Assembly: GCF_006345805.1 (NCBI RefSeq)
Contig: NC_043026.1
Span: forward strand, 14,549,579-14,613,578
Direction: 5' to 3'
From: Octopus sinensis
Lineage: Eukaryota
Length of the DNA: 64,000 nt
In this document: positions 34,973 to 47,884 of the stretch, one piece after another
Layout of the letters: every line of letters starts with the position of its first letter
How positions within the stretch are numbered: position 1 is the first letter of the stretch
Position numbers and translations under genes: made by a program
Notes under the pieces: generated by a model
Told to the model about the DNA's origin: nothing
Database searches by the model: none
What the model saw: only the letters and a program-made list of their open reading frames with translations

Positions 34973-35914
34973 TGTAGTACCAGAACAACAGATAATAACG
35001 ACAACAACAACACCAACAACAACAACCACAAATAGTGGAACAATGGCGATTGTGAAAATATGCTGGTGCTTCTTTTCACAGCAGACATCATACTTCATTC
35101 ATTCAGTTGCTTTGTCAACATAGAGAGAAGATTCTTAGAAGAGAAGAACAACAACAGCGAAAGCTTCGGCAGTGGTTTTTATGCCGTTTATAGATATGCA
35201 AGGAATCAGCAGTGGCTAGAAATTGCAGATAATAATGGATCACGGAACACATACTGTATATCCTCTAGCTGCCATAATGACATTTAAAATTTCATACGTG
35301 TGCAAACTACACGTTAATCGCTTAAGCTACAAATTTATCACCTGTTGAGTCTTGTATACAGGAAATGGATCAAAACGCGGATGGCTGAACAAGGAAAAAG
35401 TAAGATGCTACTCGTAGACAATGTGGAAAATTATTTATTAGTTTCTTATTAAAGACAATTGTTTTGTTTTTTTTGCTTTGCATTGTCCACCCAGTGATTG
35501 CAAATGTTAAACAAGTTGGCAACTCTCTCTCTTTACTCTTTTACATGTTTCAGTCATTTGACTGTGGCTATGCTGGATTACCGCCTTTAGTCGATGAAAT
35601 GCTTAGTGATATTGGTCTCTTTTGTCAAACTGCTAAGTTACAGTGATGTGAACAAACCAACACCGGTTGTCAAGCAGTAGTTGTGGGGAACAAACACAGA
35701 CACACACACACACACACACACACACACAACTTACATGTTTCAGTCATTTGACTGTGGCTATGCTGGAGCATCGCCTTTAGTTGATGAAATGCTTAGTGAT
35801 ATTTCATCCATCGATACATTCTGAGTTCAAATTCCACCAAGATTGACTTTGACTTTCATCCTTTCGGGCTTCTTTCAGTTTCTGTCAACCAAATCCACTC
35901 AGAAGGTTATACGC

Positions 35915-36123
35915 TTTACTCTTTTACTTGTTTCAGTCATTTGACTGTGGCCATGCTGGAGCACCGCCTTTAGTCGATCGAGCAAATCGACCCCAGGACT
36001 TATTCTTTGTAAGCCCAGTACTTATTCTATCGGTCTCTTTTGCCGAATAGCTAGGTTATGGGGATGTAAACACACCAGCATCGGTTGTCAAGCAATGCTA
36101 GGGGGACAAACACAGACACACAA

Positions 36124-36171
<48 letters not shown>

Positions 36172-36335
36172 CGACGGGCTTCTTTCAGTTTCCGTCTACC
36201 AAATCCACTCACAAGGCATTAGTCGGCCCGAGGCTATAGCAGAAGACACTTGCCCAAGGTGCCACACAGTGGGACTGAACTCGGGACCATGTGGTTGGTT
36301 AGCAAGCTACTTACCACACAGCCACTCCTACACCT
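35915..36335 (-). mobile_element. Full-length SINE A
   Basis: Family head and tail. Confidence 0.85.
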
Positions 36336-36367
36336 ATATTTTTATATTTTATATTTATATTTCATAG

Positions 36368-36527
36368 ACACAGGTGTGGCTGTTTGGTAAGAAGCTTACT
36401 TCCCAATTGCATGGTTGCAAGTTCAGTTCCACTGTGAACCACCTTCAGCAAGTGTCTTCTATAGCTTCAGGCCAACCAAAACCTTGTGAGTGGTAGATGG
36501 AAACTGAAAGAAGTCAGTTGTGTGTGT

Positions 36528-36567
<40 letters not shown>

Positions 36568-36920
36568 TGTGTGTGTATGTGTGTGTGTGTATGTGTGTGT
36601 GTGTGTATGTGTGTGTGTGTATGTGTGTGTGTATGTGTGTGTGTGTATGTGTGTGTGTGTATGTGTGTGTGTGTATGTGTGTGTGTGTGTGTGTGTGTGT
36701 CTTTGTGTCTGTGTTTGTCCCCCACAACTACTGCTTGACAACCGGTGTTGGTTTGTTCCCATCACTGTAACTTAGCAGTTTGACAAAAGAGACCGATAGA
36801 ATAAGTACCAGGCTTAAAAAAAAAATAAGTACAGTCTTGATTCATTCAACTAAGAATTCTTCAAGGCAGTGCCCCAGCTTAGTCGCAGTCTAATGACTGA
36901 ACCAAGTAAAAAGTAGAAGA
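36368..36920 (+). mobile_element. Diverged SINE A relative with an expanded (TG)n centre
   Basis: Head acacaggtgtggctgtttggtaagaagc…; variant tail ggcagtgccccagcttagtcgcagtctaatgactgaaccaagtaaaa. Confidence 0.75.
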
Positions 36921-36971
36921 TAGAAGATATTTTTTACTATGTATTTTATATTTCTATATTTTTATATTTTA

Positions 36972-37883
36972 CTAGCAGGAAGTGGCGCAGGAGTGGCTGT
37001 GTGGTAAGTAGCTTGCTAACCAACCACATGGTTCCGGGTTCAGTCCCACTGCATGGCATCTTGGGCAAGTGTCTTCTGCTATAGCCCCGGGCTGACCAAA
37101 GCCTTGTGAGTGGATTTGGTAGACGGAAACTGAAAGAAGCCCGTCGTATATATGTATATATATGTATGTGTGTGTGTGTTTGTGTGTCTGTGTTTGTCCC
37201 CCTAGCATTGCTTGACAACCAATGCTGGTGTGTTTACGTCCCCGTCACTTAGCGGTTCGGCAAAAGAGACCGATAAAATAAGTACTGGGCTTACAAAGAA
37301 TAAGTCCTGGGGTCGAGTTGCTTGACTAAAGGCGGTGCTCCAGCATGGCCGCAGTCAAATGACTGAAACAAGTAAGAGAGTAAAAGAGTAAAAGAGAGTA
37401 TTGCCCGGCGTTGCTCAGGTTTGTAAGGGAAATAACTATATAAGCATTTTTAGAGAGTTACTTCCCTTATAGATGCCAATTCAGGCTTTCTTAGCCATTT
37501 CTGTTTTGGTGTCTTCAAGCCATGAAGTCGTTGTTCTAAAAGAACGCTGGTCTCCTTGACAACGCATTACGGCGTTGATTTCCTTACACTCCCTTCCCCA
37601 CAGCTTCACGAAGGGAGGGAAGAAGGGGGGAAAGCAAACAGGTGCAGATGTGACCATGACGCCAACTCCGCCGCCATCGACGCACGAAAATTATGCATTA
37701 AAATGGAATAAAAAATGATGTTAAATTATTTTAAAAATCGTAGACTCATCGTAGACGCACGCTAATACCCAGAAGGGCTCGATATGAATCACGACTATAA
37801 ACTGCACCGCAAAATGTGGGAGTAGTTAGGAATCTAAATCGTAGGAGACAGACAGCACACAACCTCACTTTTATATATAAGGA
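36972..37883 (-). mobile_element. Non-autonomous Helitron with SINE A (36979-37398, + strand) inserted in its 3' terminus and a ~220-bp extra internal segment
   Basis: actagcag|SINE A|…tattgcccggcgttgctc, with 5' A|TC at 37883. Segment ~37470-37690 is absent from the other two copies. Confidence 0.8.
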
Positions 37884-38289
37884 TACTTTTGCAATTTTTT
37901 CTTTTATTTTGCTGTTCATGAGCAACAGTGATGTTGATGGCTACTTACAATGGACTGATCATGTAAAAAGCAATGAAGAAGAGTTTGTAACTTAATATGC
38001 CTCAAGGGATCTCATTCTTAAATCACCAGTTTTTATAGTTTTTCCTTACGTACACCCCACCCCCGCCACACTCACACACATACAACACTCTCTCTTCAAT
38101 TAATCAAGTTTCAACACACACTCTTACTTATACACACACTCATACACAGCCCTACACACAAACACTCATATACAAACTTGCTTACTCAGGCATATGTACA
38201 GACACAAGTACAGGCTCGTCCATAGATACAGTCATACACACACATTTACTTAGTCATATGCACACACACACGCACACACACACTCACAC

Positions 38290-39010
38290 GGACACATGCT
38301 TTTACACACAAATTTACCTACTGTTGCACACAGATGCACACCCACAAATACACATATGTACAACTATAAACACATTTGTAAATACACACACACCACACAC
38401 ACACACACCACACGTACACACTCACTTATAAATATACATTTACCTACTCATACACACAGATACACAAATACACACACATGCTCACCTATAAACACACTCA
38501 CACACACATGCACACACACACTCATACACACACATACACTCACACACACACCCTCACACACACAGATACACAAATACACACACATGCTCACCTATAAACA
38601 CACTCACACACACATGCATACACACACTCATACACACACATACACTCACACACACACCCTCACATGTTACCTACTCATAAATATACATTTACCTACTCAT
38701 ACACACAGACACACACACAAATACACACACATGCTCACCTATAAACACACTCACACACACATGCATACACACACTCATACACACACTTACACATACACTC
38801 ACACACACACACACTCACACACACTCATATATACACACACACACTCATATATACACACACACTCACACACATGCATACACATACACTCATGCACACAGAC
38901 ACACAAATACACATATGACCACCTATAAAGACACGCATACACACTTGCACATACACACACATATACACATGCAAGTTCAGATATAAAGACACTCGTACAC
39001 ACACACACAC
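38290..39010. repeat. CA-rich compound minisatellite
   Basis: Recurrent atgctcacctataaacacactcacacacacatgc blocks. Confidence 0.85.
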
Positions 39011-39261
39011 ATGCTACCTTACATACTCACATTCCACTACACACTTTAGCTGATTACTCTCCATTGACACAAAGACACTCGAAGCCAGTCGAAGTCAACA
39101 ATGATAAAAACTGTCTTAATTCAGACTTCATTTAATATATCTGATATCCAGCTTAATGGTGTACATTTTAACTTTCTGTCTCTTCTCACTCTCTCTCTCT
39201 TTTTGTGTATGTACACCACACACACATATGTATTCATATATTTATGTCTATGTATATATAT

Positions 39262-39567
39262 ATTTCAAAATGTGACCTCGTGTGTACCGTTGGCGATTTT
39301 TGTCCCTCTGTCTTCCCTTCTCTGTATCTTTCCTTCTCCAATGTTTCCGACGAAGAGCTCCGCTCAAAACGTTAAGCCCTCCTTCTTTCCTTCTTTCCTG
39401 AGCATCAAATAATACTATATGTGTTCCACGTACTCGCGTTGTTGTGTTTTTTTGTGCTTTCTTATTTGGATTAAATTTATATATATATATATATGTATAT
39501 AAATAAATGTATATATATATATGTATATGTATATATATGAATATATATATATATGTATATATGTATA

Positions 39568-39602
<35 letters not shown>

Positions 39603-39942
39603 ATATATATGTAAATATATTCATATGTATATATTTTATTATATTTCAAAATGTGACCTCGTGTGTACCGTTGGCGATTTTTGTCCCTCTGTCTTCCTTC
39701 TCTGTATCTTTCCTTCTCCATGTTTCCGACGAAGAGCTCCGCTCAAAACGTTAAGCCTCCTTCTTTCTTCTTCCTGAGCATCAAATAATACTATATGTGT
39801 TCCACGTACTCGCGTTGTTGTGTTTTTTTGTGCTTTCTTATTTGGATTAAATTTATATATATATATTATGTATAAAATAAATGTATATATATATATGTAT
39901 ATGTTATATATGAATATATATATATATGTATATATGTATACG

Positions 39943-39981
<39 letters not shown>

Positions 39982-40704
39982 GTAAATATATCATTGGTTA
40001 TATATTTATATATATTCAAAATGTGACCTCGTGTGTACCGTTGGCGATTTTTGTCCCTCTGTCTTCCCTTCTCTGTATCTTTCCTTCTCCAATGTTCCGA
40101 CAAAGAGCTCCGCTCGAAACGTTAAGCCCTCCTTCTTCCTTCTTTCCTGAGCACCAATAATACTATATGTGTTCCACGTACTCGCGTTGTGTGTATTTTT
40201 GTGCTTTCTATTTGGATTTGGATTAAATTTATATATATATATATATGTATATAAATAAATGTATATATATATATGTATTGTATATATATGAATATATATA
40301 TATATGTATATATGTATACGTATATATATATATATATATATATATTATAACATATATATTATGTAAATATATTCATATGTATAATTATTTATATATATTT
40401 CAAAATGTGACCTCGTCGGTGTACCGTTGGCGATTTTTGTCCCTCTGTCTTCCCTTTCTGTATCTTTCTTCTCCAATGTTTCCGACAAAGAGCTCCGCTC
40501 GAAACGTTAAGCCCTCCTTCTTTCCTTCTTTCCTGAGCATCCAATAAACTATATGTGTTCCACGTCCTCGCGTTGTTGTGTTTTTTTGTGCTTTCTTATT
40601 TGGATTACATTTATTATATATATATATATGTATATAAATAAATGTATATATATATATGTATATGTATATATATGAATATATATATATATGTATATATGTA
40701 TACG

Positions 40705-40743
<39 letters not shown>

Positions 40744-41084
40744 GTAAATATATTCATATGTATATATATTTATATATATTTCAAAATGTGACCTCGTGTG
40801 TACCGTTGGCGATTTTTGTCCCTCTGTCTTCCCTTCTCTGTATCTTTCCTTCTCCAATGTTTCCGACGAAGAGCTCCGCTCAAAACGTTAAGCCCTCCTT
40901 CTTTCCTTCTTTCCTGAGCATCCAATAATACTATATGTGTTCCACGTCCTCGCGTTGTTGTGTTTTTTTTGTGCTTTCTTATTTGGATTAAATTTATATA
41001 TATATATATATGTAATATAATAAATGTATATTATATATGTATATGTATATATATGAATATATATATAATGTATATATGTATACG

Positions 41085-41118
<34 letters not shown>

Positions 41119-41375
41119 TATATGTAATATATTCATATGTAATAATATTTATATATATTTTCAAATGTGACCTCGTGTGTACCGTTGGCGATTTTGTTTT
41201 CCTCTGTCTTCCCTTCTCTGTATCTTTCCTCTCCAATGTTTCCGACGAAGAGCTCCGCTCAAAACGTTAAGCCTCCTTCTCCTTCTTTCCTGAGCATCCA
41301 ATAATACTATATTTGTTCCAACGTCCTCGCGTTGTTGTGTTTTTTTTTGTGGCTTTCTTGTTTGGATTAACTTTA
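39262..41375 (+). mobile_element. Six-copy tandem array (~371-385 bp) of a Penelope-like/retrozyme-like unit with variant hammerhead motifs
   Basis: Motif gttt-CCGAC(G/A)A-a-gagc(tcc)gctc-(G/A)AAA-cg-T-T-aagc at 39347, 39726, 40097, 40482, 40863 and 41242. Units are separated by (TA)-rich tracts. Confidence 0.75.
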
Positions 41376-41754
41376 TATTATATATATATATATGTTATAT
41401 ATATATAATATATATATATATAATATATATATTTCTATATATATATTTAGTATGAATATATGTATATATATATGTATATATATATATCCCTCTCTCTCTC
41501 TTTGGGAGAGGCACAAGCACCTACACGCACACATACACACACGGCAGTAACTCCCACCTACCGAATTCAATCACAAAGCTTCGGTCTGCTCGGGGCTATA
41601 GTGGGAAACACCTACCCAAAGTGCCACGCAGTGGGACTGAACCCGAAACCATGTAACTCAGAAGCAAGCTCCCTAACCACACAGCCATATATATATATAC
41701 TTGCCTAGAACCTGTCATCATTCCTCTGAACCACCCCTCCCCACTGGTGCTCCC

Positions 41755-42030
41755 CTATATTTCTGCACCCCCCCCCCAACATAAAAAGCACCATCCGAAC
41801 GTGGCCGATGCCAGACCCCTCTGGCACCTGTGCAGGTGGCACGTAAAAAGCACCCACTACACTCGCGGAGTGGTTGGCGTTAGGAAGGGCATCCAGCCGT
41901 AGAAACACTGCCAGACTAGACTGGAGCCTGGGGCAGTCCCGAGCTCCCCAGACCCCGGTCGAAACCGTCCAACCCGTGCTAGCGCGGAAAACGGACGTTA
42001 AACGATGATGATGATGATGATGATGATGTA
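41755..42030 (+). mobile_element. Repeat D 3' fragment
   Basis: aaaagcaccatccgaacgtgg…acgttaaacgatgatgatg. Confidence 0.85.
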
Positions 42031-42139
42031 TATTTACTAGTTTATTTATGTTTATCTTTTCACCTTGTGCTGCATTGAACACTTAAAATGGTTTTTAGAG
42101 TCAGACTTTGACTGCTATTTCAAGCATGATGGTATCTCT

Positions 42140-42699
42140 TAGATACCCTTCATCATCACATCATCATCATCGTTTAGCGTCCACTTTCCATGGGTTGGAC
42201 GCACAGCACACTTCCAAAGGTCTTGGTCTCTAGTCATTTCCTCAGTGAGACCTAAAGTTCGAAGGTCGTGCTTCACCACCTCGTCCCAGGTTTTCCTGGG
42301 TCTGCCTCTTCCACAGGTTCCCTCAACCGCTAGGGTGTGGCACTTTTTCACACAACTATCTTCATCCATTCTCGCCACATGACCACACCAGTACAAACGT
42401 CTCTCTTGCACACCACAACTGATGCTTCTTAGGTCCAGCTTTTCTCTCAAGGTACTTACACTCTGTCAAGTATGAACACTGACATTACGCATCAATCGGA
42501 GCATACTGGCTTCATTTCTTGTGAGCTTACGCATGTCCTCAGCAGTCACGGCCCATGTTTCACTGCCATGTAGCATGGCTGTTCATACACACGCGTCATA
42601 CAGTCTGCCTTTTACTCTGAGCGAGAGGCCTTTTGTCACCAGCAGAGGTAAGAGCTCTCTGAACTTTGCCCAAGCTATTCTTACTCTAGCAGTTACACT
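42140..42699 (-). mobile_element. 5'-truncated RTE LINE, C-terminal ORF with a very short 3'UTR
   Basis: VTARVRIAWAKFRELLPLL…LHGSETW…RRLYWCGHVARM…GRGRPRKTWDEVVKHDL…DQDLWKCAV, then cgtccaacccatggaaagtggacgctaaacgatgatgatg. Confidence 0.9.
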
Positions 42700-42761
42700 T
42701 ATTTATAATTTTATATACATATACATATATATTTACGATGATGATGATGATGCAACAAGCT

Positions 42762-43145
42762 TTCTTCAGTTTCCATCTACCAAATCCACTCACAAGGCTT
42801 TGGTCAGCTCAAAGCTATAGTTGAAGACATTTTCACAAGGTATCATTTGGCAGAAACGTTAGCACGCCGGGCGAAATGCGTAGCCGTATTTCGTCTGCCG
42901 TTACGTTCTGAGTTCAAATTCCGCCGAGGTCGACTTTGCCTTTCATCCTTTCGGGGTCGATTAAATAAGTACCAGTTTCACACTGGGGTCGGTGTAATCG
43001 ACTTAATACCTATGTCTGTCCTTGTTTGTACCCTCTATGTTTAGCCCCTTGTGGGCAATAAAAAAATAGGTATCATTCGCTGGGACTGAACTCAGAACTA
43101 TGAGGTTGGGAAGCAAGCTTCTTACCACACAGCCACACCTGCACC
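42762..43145. mobile_element. SINE A head (minus strand) interrupted by SINE B (+ strand, ~42845-43075)
   Basis: The A sequence …gacattttcacaaggtatc is continued by …gctgggactgaactcag after a complete B copy. Confidence 0.75.
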
Positions 43146-43372
43146 TATATAACAAGTTACCAAGATTTCACTCCAGCCACTATTACCATTTCTTTGGCCT
43201 CCCCACCCCCGCTGACGCCGTTTCTTAAATACAATTTGGAGACAAGAAATAAAAGCTTTCTGACTGATCTATGATTATCTCAGACTCTCTTTTGTAATTT
43301 ATGATTATTTGTCTGGGGAAGAAATAGAGAGAAAAAACAGTTTTATAAAATGGTATGGTTTTGCTTTATTAA

Positions 43373-44501
43373 TTGCTGGTTATAACTCTCTTTACTAAAT
43401 CAACCACTTCTTATTCTTATTCTTATTCTTATTCTTGTCTCCTTTTTCGTTCCCCCACCCCTCCTCCTCTTCACCATTCTGAGTCTCTCTCTCTCTCTCT
43501 TCAAACATTTCCGGATGCTGTATCTTCTCTTATTTATAGTCACTTTGGCTCCAGATATTTTGTAGGAGTAGGTGTAAGTGTTTGTGTTTAGGATGTTTAT
43601 GAAGGTGTTGTTGGTGTGTTGCTTGTGGCAATTAGAGGATGGGGGGGGTGTTCTGATGGCAGTGGCAGTATTGAAGGAGGATGTGTCTGTGTGTGTGTGT
43701 AGGATGTATAACAATGTATATGTAGGTTAGCAAGCAATGTGGGTTTGGATGGAAGCACTCCGTCGGTTACGACGACGAGGGTTCCGGTTGATCCGAATCA
43801 ACGGAACAGCCTGCTCATGAAATTAACGTGCAAGTGGCTGAGCACTCCACAGACACGTGTACCCTTAAACATAGTTCTCGGGGATATTCAGCATGACACA
43901 GAGAGTGACAAGGCCAGCCCCTTTGAAATACAGGTACAACAGAAACAGGAAGTAAGAGTGAGAGAAAGTTGTGGTGATAGAGTACAGCAGGGATCACCAC
44001 AATCCCCTGCCGGGGCCTCGTGGAGCTTAAGGTGTTTTTCGCTCAATAAACACTCACAATGCCTGGTCTGGGAATCGAAACCGCGATCCTACGACCGCGA
44101 GTCCGTTGCCCTAACCACTGGGCCATTGCGCCTCCACTGCTAGTTATAACTCTCTTTACTAAATCAACCACTTCTTATTCTTATTCTTATTCTTATTCTT
44201 GTCTCCTTTTTCGTTCCCCCACCCCTCCTTCACTTCACCATTCTCAGTCTCTCTCTTCAAACATTTCCGGATGCTGTATCTTCTCTTATTTATAGTCAGT
44301 TTGGCTCCAGATATTTTGTAGGAGTTGTTGTGAGTGTTTGTGTTTAGGATGTTTATGAAGGTGTTGGTGGTGGTGTTGTTGGGGCAATTAGAGGATGGAG
44401 GGGTTCTGATGGCAGTGGCAGTATTGAAGGAGGATGTGTGTGTGTGTGTGTGTGTAGGATGTATAACAATGTATATGTAGGTTAGCAAGCAATGTGGGTT
44501 T
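43373..44501. repeat. ~370-bp direct duplication (43373-43746 and 44137-44501) flanking SINE C (~43750-44136, minus strand)
   Basis: Both flanks read gttataactctctttactaaatcaaccacttc…gttagcaagcaatgtgggttt, with scattered differences. Confidence 0.9.
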
Positions 44502-44504
44502 ATA

Positions 44505-44900
44505 TATACTCTTTACTCTTTTACTTTGTTTCAGTCATTTGACTGTGGCCATGCTGGAGCACCGCCTTTAGTCGAGCAAATCGACCCTGGGACTTTATTC
44601 TTTGTAAGCCCAGTACTTATTCTATCGGTCTCTTTTGCCGAACCGCTAAGTGACAGGGACGTAAACACACCAGCATCGGTTGTCAAGCAATGCTAGGGGG
44701 ACAAACACAGACACACAAACATACATATATATATGACAGGCTTCTTTCAGTTTCCGTCTACCAAATCCACTCACAAGGCATTGGTCGGCCCGGGGCTATA
44801 GTAGAAGACACTTGCCCAAGATGCCACGCAGTGGGACTGAACCCGGAACCATGTGGTTGGTTAGCAAGCTACTTACCACACAGCCACTCCTGCGCCTATG
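44505..44900 (-). mobile_element. Full-length SINE A
   Basis: Family head and tail. Confidence 0.9.
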
Positions 44901-45039
44901 TATACAATGAATGAATATGTATGTATGTATGTATGTATGTGTATGTATGTCACTTCTATTTTTTAATTATTATAAATCTTTTACTGAGGAGGGAGTCGGT
45001 TTCCAACAAAGATACAAGTTTCCATCTTTGGGATGTAGT

Positions 45040-45780
45040 TAACACTGACAAATTCACATTTGGAACTTGAGAAAACTCTTGCATATTTTTACTGTTCCAC
45101 TTACAGATTGCACTTGTAATTTACGAATCAGCCAGTCAATTTCTCTTTCTGAAAATCACAGTTTATCCAGATTCTCCTTCAAGCATTTACTAATAAAACC
45201 TAGTGCTCCAATTATCATCATCATCATCATCATCATCATCATTTAGCGTCCGTTTTCCGTGCTAGCATGGGTTGGACGGTTCAACTGGGGTCTGTGAAGC
45301 CAGAAGGCTGCATCAGGCCCAGTCTGATCTGGCAGTGTTTCTACGGCTGGATGCCCTTCCTAACACCAACCACTCCGCGAGTGTAGTGGGTGCAAATGGC
45401 CATGAACGGATGGTGCTTTTACGTGCCACTGGCACGGAGGCCAGGCGAGGCTGGCAATGGACACGAACAGATGGTGCTTTTACGTGTCACCGGCACGGAG
45501 GCCAGTCGGGGCGGCGCTGGCAACGGCCACGAACGGATGGTGCTTTTTACATGCCACCGGCACGGGGGCCAGGCGAGGCTGGCAATTATTGGTATTAATA
45601 TGAATTCAGAGTCTGGATATAGAAGCTGAAGGTTTCGAAGCAGTTGTCCATAGATATCCTATTTTTTCTTTCATTTTCAAAGAGATATTTATGCCTGCAG
45701 GGAAGCTGACCTCTATGATGGGCAAGAAGTTGCAGGGTCGTTTTTTTACTCAGGCTTTGAGAGACTGCTACCCTCATCAT
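45040..45780 (-). mobile_element. Decayed RLE-type non-LTR retrotransposon C-terminus, interrupted by repeat D (~45213-45585)
   Basis: With frameshifts: PAGINISLKMKEK…DIYGQLLRNLQLLYPDSEFILIPII|D|IGALGFISKCL…EIDWLIRKLQVQSVSGTVKICKSFLKF. caattat occurs at both D junctions. Confidence 0.7.
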
Positions 45781-46218
45781 GTATTTATATATTCAAGCAA
45801 GTAAGCATGTCTGTATGTATAATTTGGAGAGTCTGATCATTCCACTAGGAAATCAACGACTAAAAACAAGGGAAGGTTAAGAACAGAATTTACAAGATTG
45901 ATTCCAGCTTTTCTTAAAATGTCTAGAATTTATTAAGCGTCGGAAGATCTCTGAGAGCGCTTTTAGTAGAGGAAACAATTTGAATAGTTTCAGAAAAGAT
46001 GGAATAAATCTTGTTTTTATGCATGTACATACACACACACACATGCACACAGACACACACACATATCCATATATATGTATTTATACACACACACACACAC
46101 ATACACACATATCCATATATATGTATTTATATGTACACACACACACACATCCATATATATGTATTTATACACACACGCACACATACACACATATATTCAT
46201 ATATATGTATTTATATGT

Positions 46219-46249
<31 letters not shown>

Positions 46250-46330
46250 CACACATATCCATATATATGTATTTATATACACACACACACACACACACAT
46301 ACATATCCATATATATATGTATTTATATAT

Positions 46331-46365
<35 letters not shown>

Positions 46366-46479
46366 TAAACATATATATATACATATATGAATATATAAAT
46401 AAGCAGCTATATATAGTACGTTTTAAATATTATATACACACATAAACTGACAATATGACCATTCCGAAATATAACAACA

Positions 46480-46527
<48 letters not shown>

Positions 46528-46987
46528 TATACACACATATATGTATATGTATATACATATATATGTATGCATGTATAGATGTATACATGAATTTATCAAA
46601 ACTCGGCTCTAATCATCCCAGGAACAACAAAGCGCTTTGTTCAAGAATAATGAACGCATGGAATATGAATATTTATTCCAGTGTGTGAATAAATGTAACT
46701 TAATTCATTCGCCTCGTATTACAAAGTGTTGCCAGTTTTTACATTAATGCGTAACAATACTTAGAAATATGGCTATTTTGCTATTGTTTTGCCTTCTCAG
46801 CTAAAGTGTGTCCATGTGTGTATGGTGTGTGTGTGTGTGGTGTGTGTGAAACAACACACTATTCACATCTGCGACTCATCTCGTATCACTTCTAACATCA
46901 TTTATCGCCTCAAATGTAACGTTCGCATCTCGTTATGTGTTGGACAGTGTGGCCTCCATCTAGCCAACAGATTTACTGACCATTTAC

Positions 46988-47745
46988 CTGCGTGGCTGTG
47001 TGGTAAGAAGCTTACTTCACAACCACATAGTTCTGGGTTCAGTCCCACTACGTGGCACCAAAGGCAAATGCTTTCTACTATAGGCAAGTGTCTTCTACTA
47101 TAGCCTCGGGCCGACCAAAGCCTTGTGAGTGGATTTGGTAGATGGAAACTGAAAGAAGCCCATCGTATAAATGTATATAGGCGTAAGAGTGTCTGTGTGG
47201 TAAGTAGCTTGCTAACCAACCACATGGTTCCGGGTTCAGTCCCACTGCGTGGCACCTTGGGCAAGTGTCTTCTACTATAGCCTCGGGCCAACCAAAGCCT
47301 TGTGAGTGGATTTGGTAGACGGAAACTGAAAGAAGCCCATCGTATATATGTATATAGGCGTAAGAGTGTCTGTGTGGTAAGTAGCTTGCTTACCAACCAC
47401 ATTGTTCCGGGTTCAGTCCCACTGCGTGGCACCTTGGGCAAGTGTCTTCTACTATAGCCTCGGGCCGACCAAAGCCTTGTGAGTGGATTTGGTAGACAGA
47501 AACTGAAAGAAGCCTGTCGTATATATGTATATATATATGTAGTGTGTGTGTTTGTCCCCCTAGCATTGCTTGACAACCGATGCTGGTGTGTTTATGTCCC
47601 CGTCACTTAGCGGTTCGGAAAAAGAGACCGATAGAATAAGTACTGGGCTTACAAAGAATAAGTCCCGGGGTCGATTTGCTCGATTAAAGGCGGTGCTCCA
47701 GCATGGCCGCAGTCAAATGACTGAAACAAGTAAAAGAGTAAAAGA
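46988..47745 (+). mobile_element. SINE A with three tandem tRNA-head modules (~177-bp period)
   Basis: Heads at ~46990, 47180 and 47357, followed by one centre and tail. Confidence 0.85.
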
Positions 47746-47884
47746 GAGTGGTCGTCTATGTGTGTGTGTTTGTATGTAAGTATTGAAATTTCGTAATTTA
47801 TGATGTTATAATAAAGAATTTTAACTGAATATTTTTTTTATTCTGCTCTCAGAGATATATGGACTGGCAGATATATAGATAGAG

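Noticed and set aside
35060-35410. ORF 35060-35287 and a small AG/GT-bounded segment (~35369-35406, …MAEQGK|gtaaga)
   Set aside because: No recognisable protein similarity and no compatible neighbouring exons.
37925-38005. Short open frames on both strands near splice-like motifs
   Set aside because: Too short, with no homology or partner exons.
45683-45800. Apparent plus-strand exon (strong polypyrimidine-AG acceptor, caa|gtaagc donor, two open frames)
   Set aside because: It is the antisense of the decayed RLE-type LINE (…PAGINISLK…DIYGQLLRNLQLLYP…). Exonisation cannot be excluded without RNA data, but no host gene is supported.
46626-46641. 16-bp perfect palindrome aacaaagcgctttgtt
   Set aside because: Isolated, with no supporting context.
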